From assembly GCA_052168235.1 (NCBI GenBank), contig JBQLZK010000002.1, positions 224,001 through 288,000 on the forward strand: a stretch of 64,000 bases of DNA, read 5' to 3'. Below the pieces are notes generated by a model. It was not told the origin of the DNA. It ran no database searches and saw only the letters and a program-made list of their open reading frames with translations. Both the position numbers and the translations under genes were made by a program. The DNA comes from Thainema sp. GTDB lineage: Bacteria > Cyanobacteriota > Cyanobacteriia > Phormidesmidales > Phormidesmidaceae. Positions within the stretch are counted from its first letter, which is position 1. Each line of letters opens with the position of its first letter. This document shows positions 1 through 11,270 of this stretch, piece after piece.

Positions 1-952
1 CACGGGTGCGGCCCAGATGGACGGTGCAATCCTGGTGGTTTCTGCAGCAGACGGTCCTATGCCTCAAACCCGTGAGCACATTCTGCTAGCAAAGCAGGTT
101 GGTGTACCAAATATCGTTGTTTTCTTGAATAAGCAAGATCAAGTTGATGACGAAGAACTGCTAGAGCTGGTTGAGCTGGAAGTTCGCGAACTGCTGAGTT
201 CTTACGATTTTCCTGGTGATGATATTCCCATCACTGCTGGTTCTGCGCTATTGGCTCTAGAAAAGCTGGCTGAGAATCCTAACACTGCCCGTGGTGAAAA
301 TGAGTGGGTTGACAAGATCTATGCTCTGATGGATTCCGTTGATGACTACATCCCAACTCCTGAGCGTGACGTGGATAAGCCTTTCTTGATGGCGGTTGAA
401 GACGTTTTCTCGATTACTGGTCGGGGTACCGTTGCAACTGGCCGGATTGAGCGGGGTAAAGTCAAGGTTGGTGAGGAAGTTGAGTTAGTTGGTATCCGCG
501 ATACCCGCAAGACTACCGTAACCGGTGTTGAAATGTTCCAGAAGATTCTTGAAGAAGGAATGGCTGGAGATAACGTTGGCGTTCTGCTGCGTGGTATCCA
601 GAAGGCTGACATTGAGCGTGGTATGGTGCTTGCCAAGCCTGGTTCCATCACGCCTCACACCAAATTTGAGTCTGAGGTTTACGTTCTGAAGAAGGAAGAG
701 GGTGGTCGTCATACTCCTTTCTTCCCAGGTTATCGTCCTCAGTTCTACGTTCGGACAACCGACGTAACTGGCACGATTGAAACTTTTACCGCAGACGACG
801 GCAGCGCAGCTGAAATGGTTATGCCTGGTGATCGCATCAAGATGACCGTTGAGTTGATTAACCCGATCGCAATTGAGCAGGGAATGCGTTTCGCCATCCG
901 TGAAGGTGGCCGTACGGTTGGTGCTGGAGTCGTTTCTAAGATTCTAAAGTAA
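1..952 (+). CDS. tuf: Elongation factor Tu (5'-truncated by window)
   Basis: Frame open from window start ([26 protein letters not shown]); NKQD G4 motif; C-terminal [10 protein letters not shown]. Confidence 0.99.
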   Translation, partial: TGAAQMDGAILVVSAADGPMPQTREHILLAKQVGVPNIVVFLNKQDQVDDEELLELVELEVRELLSSYDFPGDDIPITAGSALLALEKLAENPNTARGENEWVDKIYALMDSVDDYIPTPERDVDKPFLMAVEDVFSITGRGTVATGRIERGKVKVGEEVELVGIRDTRKTTVTGVEMFQKILEEGMAGDNVGVLLRGIQKADIERGMVLAKPGSITPHTKFESEVYVLKKEEGGRHTPFFPGYRPQFYVRTTDVTGTIETFTADDGSAAEMVMPGDRIKMTVELINPIAIEQGMRFAIREGGRTVGAGVVSKILK

Positions 953-1111
953 CGCTTTAGTTTCCCAGATTGACTCAAAGCTAACATTTGTATGCGTATG
1001 AGGGGCACAGTCCAGTCTGTAGCCCCTCTTCGCTCCTCAATTGGGTCGGCTATTAATCAGCGAAATTGGCAAAAATAATCTCTGTACCTGGACAATTTAA
1101 GGTTTAACGTC

Positions 1112-1429
1112 ATGGCTACTGTACAACAGCAAAAGATCAGGATTCGTCTGAAGGCATTTGATCGTCGTTTGTTAGATACCTCTTGCGACAAAATTGTTGA
1201 TACGGCAAATCGCACCAACGCTACTGCAATTGGTCCTATTCCTTTACCTACAAAGCGCCGGATTTACTGCTTGCTTCGTTCTCCTCACGTAGATAAGGAT
1301 TCTCGGGAGCATTTTGAAACCAGAACTCATCGCCGCATCATTGATATCTACCAGCCATCCTCTAAGACGATTGATGCACTAATGAAGCTTGACTTGCCCG
1401 CTGGGGTCGACATTGAAGTTAAGCTCTAA
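1112..1429 (+). CDS. rpsJ: 30S ribosomal protein S10
   Basis: [10 protein letters not shown]...GPIPLPT...[13 protein letters not shown]; follows tuf. Confidence 0.99.
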   Translation: MATVQQQKIRIRLKAFDRRLLDTSCDKIVDTANRTNATAIGPIPLPTKRRIYCLLRSPHVDKDSREHFETRTHRRIIDIYQPSSKTIDALMKLDLPAGVDIEVKL

Positions 1430-1461
1430 GTTAATTTAAGGATTAGTTACTTTGGTATTTG

Positions 1462-1487
1462 AGAGCCGCTACACTAGTGCGGCTCTT
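1462..1487 (+). terminator. Probable intrinsic terminator after rpsJ
   Basis: agagccgcta-cac-tagtgcggctct hairpin followed by T-rich tract. Confidence 0.55.
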
Positions 1488-1756
1488 ATTGTTTATAAGG
1501 ATTATTGGTGAAGACTTCATATGGCTCTTCGTGAGATTATTTGTGCTGTTGATCAGCATCTGAGCAATGTAAAGCGCGATCGCACTTTCTATCATCAGGT
1601 CATGTAGCGGAATATAGCCCTAGATAAGCCTTATAAGCTAAGCTATATAACAAGTAACATTTCATAACAACGTATTAATCTAATTGGGGTCTGAATTGCA
1701 ACAACTGTTGTTGACCCAGCACGCATTGGCAGATTTTTAACTCAGCAATTAGGAGA

Positions 1757-2401
1757 ATGATGGCTTTTTCATCGTCTATTGCAGTGCGAGAGCTACCAAT
1801 CTTTCCTCTGCCTGAATTAGTTCTTTTTCCAGGACGGCGACTCCCACTTCATATTTTCGAGTTTCGTTATCGAATCATGATGAATACGATTCTCCAGGGA
1901 GACTGTCGGTTTGGGGTTGTCATGCTCGATCCGCAGACAGGACAGCCAGTTTCCGTGGGATGTTGTGCGGAGGTGATTCATTGCCATCGTTTACCCGACG
2001 ACCGGATGAAGATCTCAACGATTGGGCAACAGCGATTTCGCATTCTGAACTATGTCAGAGAAAAGCCCTATCGAGTTGGCCTAGTTGAGTGGATTGAAGA
2101 CCATCCAAGCTCTCAGAATTTACAGCCGCTTGCTGACGAAGTAGATCAGTTGCTGAGAGATGTGGTTCATCTCTCAGCCAAATTGACGGGTCAGGATATT
2201 GAACTACCCGACAATATTCCTGATTTACCGACTGAATTGTCCTATTGGGTAGCTGGTAATCTACATGGTGTTGCGAGTGAGCAACAATCACTGCTAGAGA
2301 TGCAGGATACATCCGCTCGTCTGGAGCGCGAGGCAGAAATTCTAAGTTCTACTCGTAATCATTTGGCGGCTCGAACTGCACTCAAGGATGCCTTTCATTA
2401 A
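1757..2401 (+). CDS. LON peptidase substrate-binding domain protein
   Basis: ELPIFPLPELVLFPG..LPLHIFEFRYRIM N-terminal LON-domain motif; no ATPase or protease domain. Confidence 0.9.
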   Translation: MMAFSSSIAVRELPIFPLPELVLFPGRRLPLHIFEFRYRIMMNTILQGDCRFGVVMLDPQTGQPVSVGCCAEVIHCHRLPDDRMKISTIGQQRFRILNYVREKPYRVGLVEWIEDHPSSQNLQPLADEVDQLLRDVVHLSAKLTGQDIELPDNIPDLPTELSYWVAGNLHGVASEQQSLLEMQDTSARLEREAEILSSTRNHLAARTALKDAFH

Positions 2402-2599
2402 TATGGCTACTTTGTAAGCTAAACCGTGTCCAACTTGGGAACCGGAGTTTTTTGGAGTGGATGCCAGAGCCACGTAAGCCTTGTCAATCAAGAATCTTGG
2501 GTGATTCTGCAAAACTACAGATTTCAACCTGGACGCGGTTTAATCTGTTTGGGTAGCCGGAGTTCTTGCTAGGGAAAATTAGCTGTCAAACGAGTTAGA

Positions 2600-3460
2600 T
2601 CATGTTGGGATAACGCTGTAGCTGCCGAAAATCTTAAGGGTTTCCGTATATTGCTCCAGAATATCAAGCGTTTCTTTTACTCTCGGTTCCGTCATGTCAG
2701 CTTCGAAGTCAATAAAGAATAGATACTCACCAAGCGAGCGCTTGGTTGGGCGGGACTCAATTCGACTGAGATTGATGTGATGCTGAGCAAACATCTGTAG
2801 AACGGTAACCAATGCACCGGGTTTGTTTGCAGGTAGCGTAAACGCAATAGACGTATAGCTACCGTGATGAAAATGGTCGCGACCAATAATCCAAAAGCGG
2901 GTGCAGTTATCAACGCGATCGTTGATTGGATGTGCCAAGATGGGTAGCTGATACAGCTCAGCGGCTCGTTGAGAAGAAATGGCTGCGGTTGTTGGTGCTC
3001 CAGCCAAGCGGCTCAATACTTCAGTCGTGGAATTGGCAGGGATTAATTTAGCCGATGGTAAATGCTGTTCTAGCCACTTTTGGCATTGCGCGAGCGCTTG
3101 GGGATGAGAATAGACGGTTTGGATAGCTTCAATCTGCTGAGCTTCAGAAACGAGCGCATGGGAAATGGGCAAAACCAAGGCGTGCTGAATTTTGAGATCG
3201 TCGAGTTCCCACAGTGTATCTAGCGTAAAGCTGACGCTGCCTTCAATGGAGTTTTCCACGGGGACGACCGCTAATTGAGTATCGTGTTTTGCGATCGCAG
3301 AAATAGATTGCGGAATACTAGGATACGCCTTAAGAACAAACTCTGTTTTCTCGCTAGATTGCTGTTTTAGCCAGTTAACGTACGTGATAGCTGCTGTTTC
3401 GGCATAGGTACCAGCAGGTCCCAAATGGGCAATCATAATGTGTTGATGCGAAGATGACAT
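2600..3460 (-). CDS. pheA: Prephenate dehydratase
   Basis: LGPAGTY, VPVENSIEGSV, SHPQALAQC, NCTRF, ACT domain LSRIESRP. Confidence 0.96.
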   Translation of the reverse strand: MSSSHQHIMIAHLGPAGTYAETAAITYVNWLKQQSSEKTEFVLKAYPSIPQSISAIAKHDTQLAVVPVENSIEGSVSFTLDTLWELDDLKIQHALVLPISHALVSEAQQIEAIQTVYSHPQALAQCQKWLEQHLPSAKLIPANSTTEVLSRLAGAPTTAAISSQRAAELYQLPILAHPINDRVDNCTRFWIIGRDHFHHGSYTSIAFTLPANKPGALVTVLQMFAQHHINLSRIESRPTKRSLGEYLFFIDFEADMTEPRVKETLDILEQYTETLKIFGSYSVIPT

Positions 3461-3897
3461 AGTTAGTTGGTGGTGGATTAATATTTTGTTTCAAATAATT
3501 GCCAATCTGGGTATTTCATTACGGCCTCTCATCATATTGGTTTAACGAATTGCCAGCTAATCCATGTCAAAAACCAGCTGTAGTTCAATTGCATGAGCTG
3601 CTCAAATTTTAATCAGTGGAATATGAATGATGCTTTGCACAATGCCATGCCTTTTCGTTAACAGCCTCTAGTAACGAAATCAGCTGGCTAAGCTCTATAA
3701 AGACAATAAAATGTTTGAATCGCTTCACTGTGCTTCACCGTATTAATGCGGAATAGCCATTCATGCATAAATTTGGATCTTTGGTTGGAAAAACAAATCA
3801 AAGCACAAAAAAGTTTTCAATCCCAAGAGCGTGCCTGTTTTCTGAGATAATTGTTAAATTTAGTTTAGCTGTCTGCGGTATTTTCACCTAATTTTCT

Positions 3898-4488
3898 ATG
3901 TCAATTCAATTTTTTGCCTCACAATCTGTGGAGATGGGTGTTGCCCAAGAGACTATCCCTATCCAGCATTATTTGCGTCAGCCCCAACGCCTGGTTAATG
4001 CGCTCGTTGACCCATCACGGACTGAAGTACTTGGTGCCAATCAGTTTCGGCTGAAGATGCGCCCCATTCAGTTCATGATGCTCAAAATTCAGCCTACGGT
4101 CGATATGGAAGTGCAGGTGGATGCCAATGGGGTTGTACACCTGCGCTCCATCGACTGTGAAATCAGAGGGGTTGAATATATCAACCAACGCTTTAGATTG
4201 GATTTAGCAGGTCGATTGGTGCCCCATGTTCGTTCCGATCAGCATGTGGCGTTAATTGGCAAAGCAGATTTACAAGTATCCGTGGACTTGCCTCCTGCTT
4301 TTCAGTTTACGCCGCGCCCAATTTTAGAAACTACAGGAAACGGATTGCTGCGCGGCGTTTTGATGACGATTAAGCAGCGCCTGATGAATAATTTAGTGAG
4401 TGATTATCGTCGCTGGGTGCGGGTTCAGCATGAAAATTCTGGCCAAGCGGTTACCACTGCTGCACTGCCATCTCGTGAAGCTGGCTAA
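3898..4488 (+). CDS. DUF1997 family protein
   Basis: IQHYLRQPQRLVNAL...LETTGNGLL..VL.TIKQRL, typical of this cyanobacterial family. Confidence 0.8.
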   Translation: MSIQFFASQSVEMGVAQETIPIQHYLRQPQRLVNALVDPSRTEVLGANQFRLKMRPIQFMMLKIQPTVDMEVQVDANGVVHLRSIDCEIRGVEYINQRFRLDLAGRLVPHVRSDQHVALIGKADLQVSVDLPPAFQFTPRPILETTGNGLLRGVLMTIKQRLMNNLVSDYRRWVRVQHENSGQAVTTAALPSREAG

Positions 4489-4555
4489 AGGATGCTTAGC
4501 GAGGTTTCTGGATGCTGATCTTCAATCAATAAATTGAATTCACTAAATAATTAAA

Positions 4556-5194
4556 TTATTGACAAGGCTTGAAAGAGCGGCGATGTTGCTTTGATGCGCC
4601 ATAGGCTAGTAGAGCCTGACGGTGAGCTGCGCTGCCATATCCCTTGTTCTGGGCAAGATGGTAGTGAGGATATCGAGTTGAAAGCCTGACAATTAAGCGA
4701 TCTCGCCACACTTTAGCCAGGATGCTGGCAGATGCGATCGCAATTGAGCGTTGATCACCTTTTATCCAAGCTTCCTGAGGAATCGCCAAATTTGGTACGA
4801 GCTGGTTACCATCAATTAGGCAAACATCAGGCGCTGGCTGTAATCGCGAAATTGCCCGCTTCATTGCTAATAAGGATGCCTGCAGGATATTTATGCGATC
4901 GATTTCCCAGACGGACGCCAGCCCGATCTGGCAATCAATGGCAGCCTGCTTAATTTCCTCCACTAATGCTTCTCGCTTAGCAGGAGTAAGTTTTTTGCTA
5001 TCCGTTACGCCCAAATCCATCAAACGCTGAGAATGGCAGGGCTGAAGAATAACAGCCGCTGCCACTACAGGCCCAAATAGTGCACCACGGCCAACCTCAT
5101 CAACGCCTGCGAGTAGGCTATTATCTCGCAGGCGATTTGTCTCATTCATCTGTTCCCGTTGCATCAGCCCTAGTAGTTCCAGTTGCTCTGGCAT
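4556..5194 (-). CDS. rnhB: Ribonuclease HII
   Basis: AGVDEVGRGALFGPV, DSKKL, KGD..S.AIASASILAKV.RD, NKGYG, HRRSF; downstream of rne as usual in cyanobacteria. Confidence 0.97.
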   Translation of the reverse strand: MPEQLELLGLMQREQMNETNRLRDNSLLAGVDEVGRGALFGPVVAAAVILQPCHSQRLMDLGVTDSKKLTPAKREALVEEIKQAAIDCQIGLASVWEIDRINILQASLLAMKRAISRLQPAPDVCLIDGNQLVPNLAIPQEAWIKGDQRSIAIASASILAKVWRDRLIVRLSTRYPHYHLAQNKGYGSAAHRQALLAYGASKQHRRSFKPCQ

Positions 5195-5230
5195 TGGCTA
5201 CATTTCTGCATAGTGCTCTGCAAGTTCAAC

Positions 5231-7336
5231 CTATCCTTCTCGGCTAGCTGCCGTTTCAGTCGCCGACGAACGCCGCCGCCGCCGCCGTGTTGTTCTAGAC
5301 GACGAACTGCTGCTTTCAGCTGCTTCCGGTGGCTCATCTTCACTACTGTCTAAACCGGATTCGTTTATCTCAGACGAATCTGCTGTCATGTCTGAGTCGG
5401 TTAGGTTTGGCAAATCCGGTTCTGGATTTGAGGCGGATGTTTCCTCCTCTCCGTCTGCTAGTCTCGATGACGTAACATCTTCTTTAGTTTCAGCAGCGTT
5501 TCTAGCAGGGGTGTTTTGTCCATTTGCCGCTGCTGGCCCATCGGTGGTGGGTGTTGCTTCACCGGGGAGTACGACGGAGACAATGGCTGACTTAGTATCA
5601 GTTGGTGTGCGCTCGCTCAAGACTAGGGGTGAAATGCCGAGCATTGCATAGACTTCCTGTTCCTCAGGCGTCATTTCAACCACAATGACTTCTGGCTCAA
5701 CTCCAGCATTGCGATCGCGGCGACCGTTGCGGGAGCGACCGTTGCGTTCCGAACGGGATCTGGAACTTTGAGAAGTCTCTCGTGGTTCACGTTCTTCAAC
5801 CGATTCTCTATCCCGGTCTTTTTCACGATTGGCAAACGATGGTGTAGCGCTGCTATCCTTTCCACCTCGTCCTGGTGGACTGGTCTCGCGACGGCGGCGG
5901 CGGCGGCTACTCCGATGTCCGCTGGTACTACGCTCTTGATAGCTAGGATGGTGTATTAGCTCCAATGCTTGTGGATCTTGCGTTGGATCCAATTCCAAAT
6001 CATCATTCGGCTGAGTAATGGTTTCACGCATTGATACCGGGCGAGGCTCTGCTGATGGTAGCTCACGCGGCACAGCTAGTGGATCGACCACCTGAGGTTC
6101 TTCGCCGGGTAAATGAGCGATATGGCCAAGCCCACCGCAGCTCGGACAGGTTTGACCAAACAATTCGTAAATATTTTGCCCTTGGCGCTTACGGGTGAGT
6201 TCAACTAAGCCCAATTCAGACAGCTGCGCAATTTGCGGTCTAGCTTTATCAGCGCGCAGTGCTTTGTTGAAGTGTTCGAGCACCTGGAGCTGATCGCGGC
6301 GGGAATCCATGTCGATGAAATCGACGATAATCACACCCGCGACGTTGCGTAAACGAAGCTGACGGGCAATTTCTGTGGCCGCTTCACAGTTTGTCCACAA
6401 CACGGTTTCACGGGCCGTAGCGGAGCGGGTAAACGAACCGGAGTTAACGTCAATTACCGTTAATGCTTCAGTTGGCTCAATAATGATGTAACCGCCGGAG
6501 GGCAGGTCAACCCGCGGCTTGAGTGCTTCTCGAATGGCCGCATTGACCCGGAAGTATTCGAGGATAGGAACCCGTTCGCGGTGCTGATCAATCAAAACAC
6601 CTTGAGGAGGGCGACCACCATTCCAGTTGGCCAGATGCTGCTTAATTCGCTTAACGCCAGTGTGGGAATCAACTACAATACGATTTACGCCAGCGCTGTA
6701 GACATCTCGTAACACTCGCTGAACAAAATCATCATCCCGGTTTAGCAGACTGGGTGGGCGAGTAGACAAGGCTTCCTGCTGAATGCTTTCCCACTGGCGC
6801 TGTAGAAATTCTAAATCTTCAATGATGGCTTCTTCGGCTACCCCTTCGGCTTCAGTGCGCACCAGCAGCCCCATGCCAGCAGGCTTAACCAAAACGGCCA
6901 ACGCACGTAAGCGACTACGTTCTGCTTCATTCCGGATCCGGCGGGATAGATTAACGCCTCGGCCAAACGGCATGAGTACCAGATAGCGTCCGGGCAAGGT
7001 AATGTTGCCAGTAAGCCGAGGGCCTTTGTTGCCCGTTGGCTCCTTCATGATCTGCACCAAAACTTTTTGTTGAGGTGCGAGCAATTCTGTGATGGATGCG
7101 GCTGAACGCTTGAGTCGTAATGGCCCTAAGTCGGTAACGTGGATAAAGCCATTGCGTTCACTATCGCCGATATTCACAAAAGCGGCATCAATGCCAGGAA
7201 GAACATTTTCTACGACACCGAGATAAATATCGCTGACTTGATGGCTTCCTTTGGCAACAATGAGTTCTTGTATTTGGTCTTCGGAGAATACAGCCGCAAT
7301 TCGATGCTGCTCCGCAATAATAATTTGCTTAGGCAT
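5231..7336 (-). CDS. rne: Ribonuclease E
   Basis: S1 domain, VIDVNSG, IVDFIDM, CPSCGG Zn-link, disordered C-terminus with RRRRRRSSA motifs. Confidence 0.97.
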   Translation of the reverse strand: MPKQIIIAEQHRIAAVFSEDQIQELIVAKGSHQVSDIYLGVVENVLPGIDAAFVNIGDSERNGFIHVTDLGPLRLKRSAASITELLAPQQKVLVQIMKEPTGNKGPRLTGNITLPGRYLVLMPFGRGVNLSRRIRNEAERSRLRALAVLVKPAGMGLLVRTEAEGVAEEAIIEDLEFLQRQWESIQQEALSTRPPSLLNRDDDFVQRVLRDVYSAGVNRIVVDSHTGVKRIKQHLANWNGGRPPQGVLIDQHRERVPILEYFRVNAAIREALKPRVDLPSGGYIIIEPTEALTVIDVNSGSFTRSATARETVLWTNCEAATEIARQLRLRNVAGVIIVDFIDMDSRRDQLQVLEHFNKALRADKARPQIAQLSELGLVELTRKRQGQNIYELFGQTCPSCGGLGHIAHLPGEEPQVVDPLAVPRELPSAEPRPVSMRETITQPNDDLELDPTQDPQALELIHHPSYQERSTSGHRSSRRRRRRETSPPGRGGKDSSATPSFANREKDRDRESVEEREPRETSQSSRSRSERNGRSRNGRRDRNAGVEPEVIVVEMTPEEQEVYAMLGISPLVLSERTPTDTKSAIVSVVLPGEATPTTDGPAAANGQNTPARNAAETKEDVTSSRLADGEEETSASNPEPDLPNLTDSDMTADSSEINESGLDSSEDEPPEAAESSSSSSRTTRRRRRRSSATETAASREG

Positions 7337-8008
7337 TCAATTTCCTCGAAATCTGATGATGAGCATCTGAACCGTGCTGCTCATGACTGCGTGTTAAGGG
7401 GGACATAATTCTTTGGCAGATAGGGGTTCAATCTAGGGGTTAAATCAATAGTGGTAAACACGCCCGATACGAATCGGAATGCACCAGTTGTGCATAGAAT
7501 TTAAGTTTTCCAGCGATTCGCTATCGAGGCATTAACCCGATACTGTAACAACCTCAATCACCCCTAGAGTTTGACAACTCAGCATTGTTTCAACGTTGTT
7601 TTAAAGCTGGCGATGCATATAACCTTTTTGCCGCGAGTCAATATACGGCAAAACCAGCCTGCACGATTACCGACTTGGCAATGCCAGACACTCGTGAATC
7701 AGTGCTGAAAGCAGAAAATGTTTGCGGTTGACAGCTTTTCGTCTACAAGCGTTGCCTTATAAATCCTTTGCATACCTCAAAGGATTAAAGGTATCTAAAA
7801 TAACTGGAAAGTCTGACAGAAGCTAATTTGATCCAGCACTCGCTGCGAACTGAATGTCTGACAACCTTATGACAGTTTTCGGCCTATTAGCAGCTTCTGT
7901 TTAGAGCATTATAGCGCTTGTTGTGCAACAAACAACCCTATTAATGGAATTTTCTATATTTGTTAAGCCCAGTTAGAGCGTGAGCAGAGGAGAGAGGAAG
8001 CTGGATTG

Positions 8009-8066
8009 AAATGTGTGCCTAAATTATTGCGTACAGCACTGTACGCAATAATTTAGGCACACATTT
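8009..8066. repeat. Perfect 28-bp-arm inverted repeat (terminator or palindromic element)
   Basis: aaatgtgtgcctaaattattgcgtacag-ca-ctgtacgcaataatttaggcacacattt. Confidence 0.9.
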
Positions 8067-8155
8067 AAGCTCTTGAACAATTTGCGAAAGCTGCGCCAAC
8101 TGGTACCCCAATGTGAGGAAATGCTCACAAAGAGGAATCAATAGAATTTTGGTGT

Positions 8156-10882
8156 CTATTCGAGAATTAAGCGATCGCGATGGATATGCAGAAGCTGTAG
8201 CTCAATGCTAGCGGCATTTTGCAGCATGTTAACTAGGGTTTCTGGTCGCAGCATCGTGCCGTCATTGCGGCAGCTACCGATGTAGCGAATCTTGACCGCA
8301 TTTCGCTGAGATGCATCGCTAGCAGATTCCGAACTGGGAGACTCTAGCTGCAGATCAAATAACAGTTCCCGCAGGTTGAGAATTTTGGTTTTACCGGACT
8401 TAGTCTTCTTCTCATGTGGGATGTCCTCTGCCGCCAGAATCGATGTGATCCAGTCTGGCCAGGGTAGCGTTTCAGCGGACACAGGTTCAGCATCTTCGGT
8501 CAGCACTGGCGCAACGGTCAGCACATACTCAGCGCGGTGGAGCTGTTTGGTGGCAGAGGGTTCGCTCAAGTCAATTGACTCGACTCGATAGATGGGGATT
8601 TCATGTGGTAGTTGAGCGGCTAACTGCGATCGCACTTCTTCTGGATCGCGGTATTCTATCAGTTCAAAATCCGCGATTTCGCCCGTACTGGTTGCGCCGA
8701 GCGGTAACGCATTAGCGGGAGAGATGCGGGGGCCAGGATGAAATCCGCCAGTAAAGGTAATTGGAATGCCAGCTCGCCGGACAGCGCGGTCGAAGAGGCG
8801 CATGAGGTCTAAGTGCCCAATGTAGGTCATGTCACCATGCTTGCCAAAGTAGACCCGTAGGCGTTGCGATCGCGTCTGGTTGGGGACAAAATGACCCTCA
8901 AATTTAGGAATCGGTAACGGTGGCACGACAATGTTGTGACCAAAATCCGGGCCACAGATACCGCAGTGGGAGCAGCCTTCAAAGGAGCAGTCGGGGACAG
9001 TTGCCGCCTCTAGTGCCCGTAGCAGATCATCTTTGAGCCATTGTTTGCTAATGCCCGTATCCAGGTGATCCCAAGGCAGAGGTGCATCAATCTGGGCAAG
9101 TTGGTTAGAACTTTCTGACACTGGATCAGCAGATGCCGATTCAGGGTTGAACTCGGTATTGGATCCAGTACTGGACTCGGTACCGACGGGTATCAAGTTC
9201 CATTCACCCGCCTCGACTTGGCGATATTTCCAGGTTAGCCCCGCCGCATCAATGGCCTGCGCCCAAGCATCAAAGGCGCGATCGAGGCTTTCCCACCAGG
9301 AATCCATGCCTGCACCGAGTTCCCAAGCGTGGCGGACAACGGCAGACAATCTGCGATCGCCCCGTCCGACGAAATCTTCCATTGCAGAAATGCGGACATC
9401 GGTGAAATTGGCCTTGACGCCCCGCATTTGGCGAAATTCTTCACGCAGTAGCGCTTGTTTCCGCAAAAACTCACTGGTGGAAACCGTATGCCACTGAAAC
9501 GGCGTGTGGGGTTTGGGGGTGAAGTTGGAAATTGTGATATTAAAATCCAGACGGCGGCGCTTAGGCAACTGACACTCCTGCCGCAGCCAGCGCACGGTTT
9601 CAGCAATGCCAATCACGTCCACATCGGTTTCACCGGGCAGACCAATCATGAAGTAGAGCTTGACCTTGCTCCAGCCCTGCTCATAGGCCGTTTTTACGCC
9701 GCGCAGCAGTTCTTCATTGGTCAATCCTTTATTAATGATGTCGCGCATCCGCTGGGTACCCGCTTCGGGTGCGAAGGTCAGACCCGTTTGTCGCGTACCG
9801 CCGACGACATTGGCGATATCTTCATCGAAGCGATCCACCCGCTGACTGGGTAGAGAAACAGAGATATTCTGGTGCTTCAGGCGGTTTTTGACTTCCATGC
9901 CGACGGCAGGCAGGGCAAGATAGTCTGAGCAACTGAGGGACAGCAGCGAAAACTCGTTGTATCCCGTTGCCCGCATACCCTGCTCAATCGTGTCTACAAC
10001 TTGTTCTGGATCAACATCGCGGGCGGGTCGCGTCAGCATTCCCGGCTGGCAGAAGCGGCAGCCACGGGTGCAGCCCCGGCGGATTTCGACCGTCAGGCGA
10101 TCGTGAACGGTTTGGACATAGGGCACTAATCCAATGGAGTAGGCAGGCATTGGATCGGAAACCCGTCGCAGAACACGCGCAGGCACATTGGGGCGATTGG
10201 GATGAACCGAGCCATCTTCGGCCATGTCGTAGAACTGAGGAACGTAAACACCGGGGACTTGAGCCAAGTCGAGCAGCAGCTCCTCGCGACTGAGACCTGC
10301 CGCTTTACCCTGCTCTAGAACGAGACCAATTTCCGGCAGCAGTTCTTCGCCGTCACCCAAGGCAATGAAGTCGAAAAAGTCGGCGTAGGGTTCTGGATTC
10401 GACGTTGCGGTCTGCCCCCCCGCAAAAATCAGCGGATAGCTGTCCGATTCTACCTGCCAGCGATCGCAACTTTGTCGCTCTTTCCATGTCAGTGGAATAC
10501 CAGCCAAATCCAGCATTTCTAAAATATTGGTCGCCCCTAGCTCATAGCTGAGACTAAAGCCCAGAATGTCAAACTCTTTGAGATCGCGGCGCGATTCAAC
10601 GGCGAACAGCGGCGTGTTGGTTTGCCGCAGTTTGGTAGCTAGATCCGGCGCGGGCAGATAAGCGCGATCGCACAATTGGCGCGGCTGAGCATTGAGGATG
10701 CTGTAGAGAATGATGTGACCGAGGTTGGATGCACCAACTTCATAAATTTCGGGATAGGTCAGCACCCAACGCACGGCGGCACTATCCCACGGACGATGCA
10801 CGGCTCCCAACTCGTTACCCAAGTAACGAGCGGGCTGCATAATCTCAGATGTCAACAGGTTCTCAACAGCAACTGTCACCAA
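8156..10882 (-). CDS. TIGR03960-type radical SAM protein fused to DUF2344 domain
   Basis: QPARYLGNE N-terminus, CTRGCRFC motif, C-terminal GHLDLMRLFDRAVRRAGIP...GGFHP. Confidence 0.9.
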   Translation of the reverse strand: MVTVAVENLLTSEIMQPARYLGNELGAVHRPWDSAAVRWVLTYPEIYEVGASNLGHIILYSILNAQPRQLCDRAYLPAPDLATKLRQTNTPLFAVESRRDLKEFDILGFSLSYELGATNILEMLDLAGIPLTWKERQSCDRWQVESDSYPLIFAGGQTATSNPEPYADFFDFIALGDGEELLPEIGLVLEQGKAAGLSREELLLDLAQVPGVYVPQFYDMAEDGSVHPNRPNVPARVLRRVSDPMPAYSIGLVPYVQTVHDRLTVEIRRGCTRGCRFCQPGMLTRPARDVDPEQVVDTIEQGMRATGYNEFSLLSLSCSDYLALPAVGMEVKNRLKHQNISVSLPSQRVDRFDEDIANVVGGTRQTGLTFAPEAGTQRMRDIINKGLTNEELLRGVKTAYEQGWSKVKLYFMIGLPGETDVDVIGIAETVRWLRQECQLPKRRRLDFNITISNFTPKPHTPFQWHTVSTSEFLRKQALLREEFRQMRGVKANFTDVRISAMEDFVGRGDRRLSAVVRHAWELGAGMDSWWESLDRAFDAWAQAIDAAGLTWKYRQVEAGEWNLIPVGTESSTGSNTEFNPESASADPVSESSNQLAQIDAPLPWDHLDTGISKQWLKDDLLRALEAATVPDCSFEGCSHCGICGPDFGHNIVVPPLPIPKFEGHFVPNQTRSQRLRVYFGKHGDMTYIGHLDLMRLFDRAVRRAGIPITFTGGFHPGPRISPANALPLGATSTGEIADFELIEYRDPEEVRSQLAAQLPHEIPIYRVESIDLSEPSATKQLHRAEYVLTVAPVLTEDAEPVSAETLPWPDWITSILAAEDIPHEKKTKSGKTKILNLRELLFDLQLESPSSESASDASQRNAVKIRYIGSCRNDGTMLRPETLVNMLQNAASIELQLLHIHRDRLILE

Positions 10883-11270
10883 ATACTCTCCTTCACTTAA
10901 CGCTCAATCAACAGACCAATCCCTATCTTAACGATTGGTTGCAGGTCTAGAAATGAGCGGTCTGAGTTTCCCGAATCGAATGATTGGCTTGGATTTGCTG
11001 GATAGAGTGATACGGAACAGAGAACGATGGCTGTCGTTAAGTTTACAGATCCTACGTAAAAACTCGGATGGAGCCCGATGTCGTTATTACTGCTTGAATT
11101 CACCTATGAATCAGGAATTTGAATTCCGGATGCTGTGTAGGCATTGGGGCAAATCCTTAATAAAGAGCGGTAATATATGTAACTTGTCTAAAGCCAAGGC
11201 GCTTTGTCGGGACATTCACGGTTTCGTTAGCCAGATTAGAAAGGTATATGATGCCAACTGGAGGTTAACT

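Noticed and set aside
10935..11270. N-terminal extension of the PEP-CTERM ORF
   Set aside because: The signal peptide and RBS point to GTG 11271
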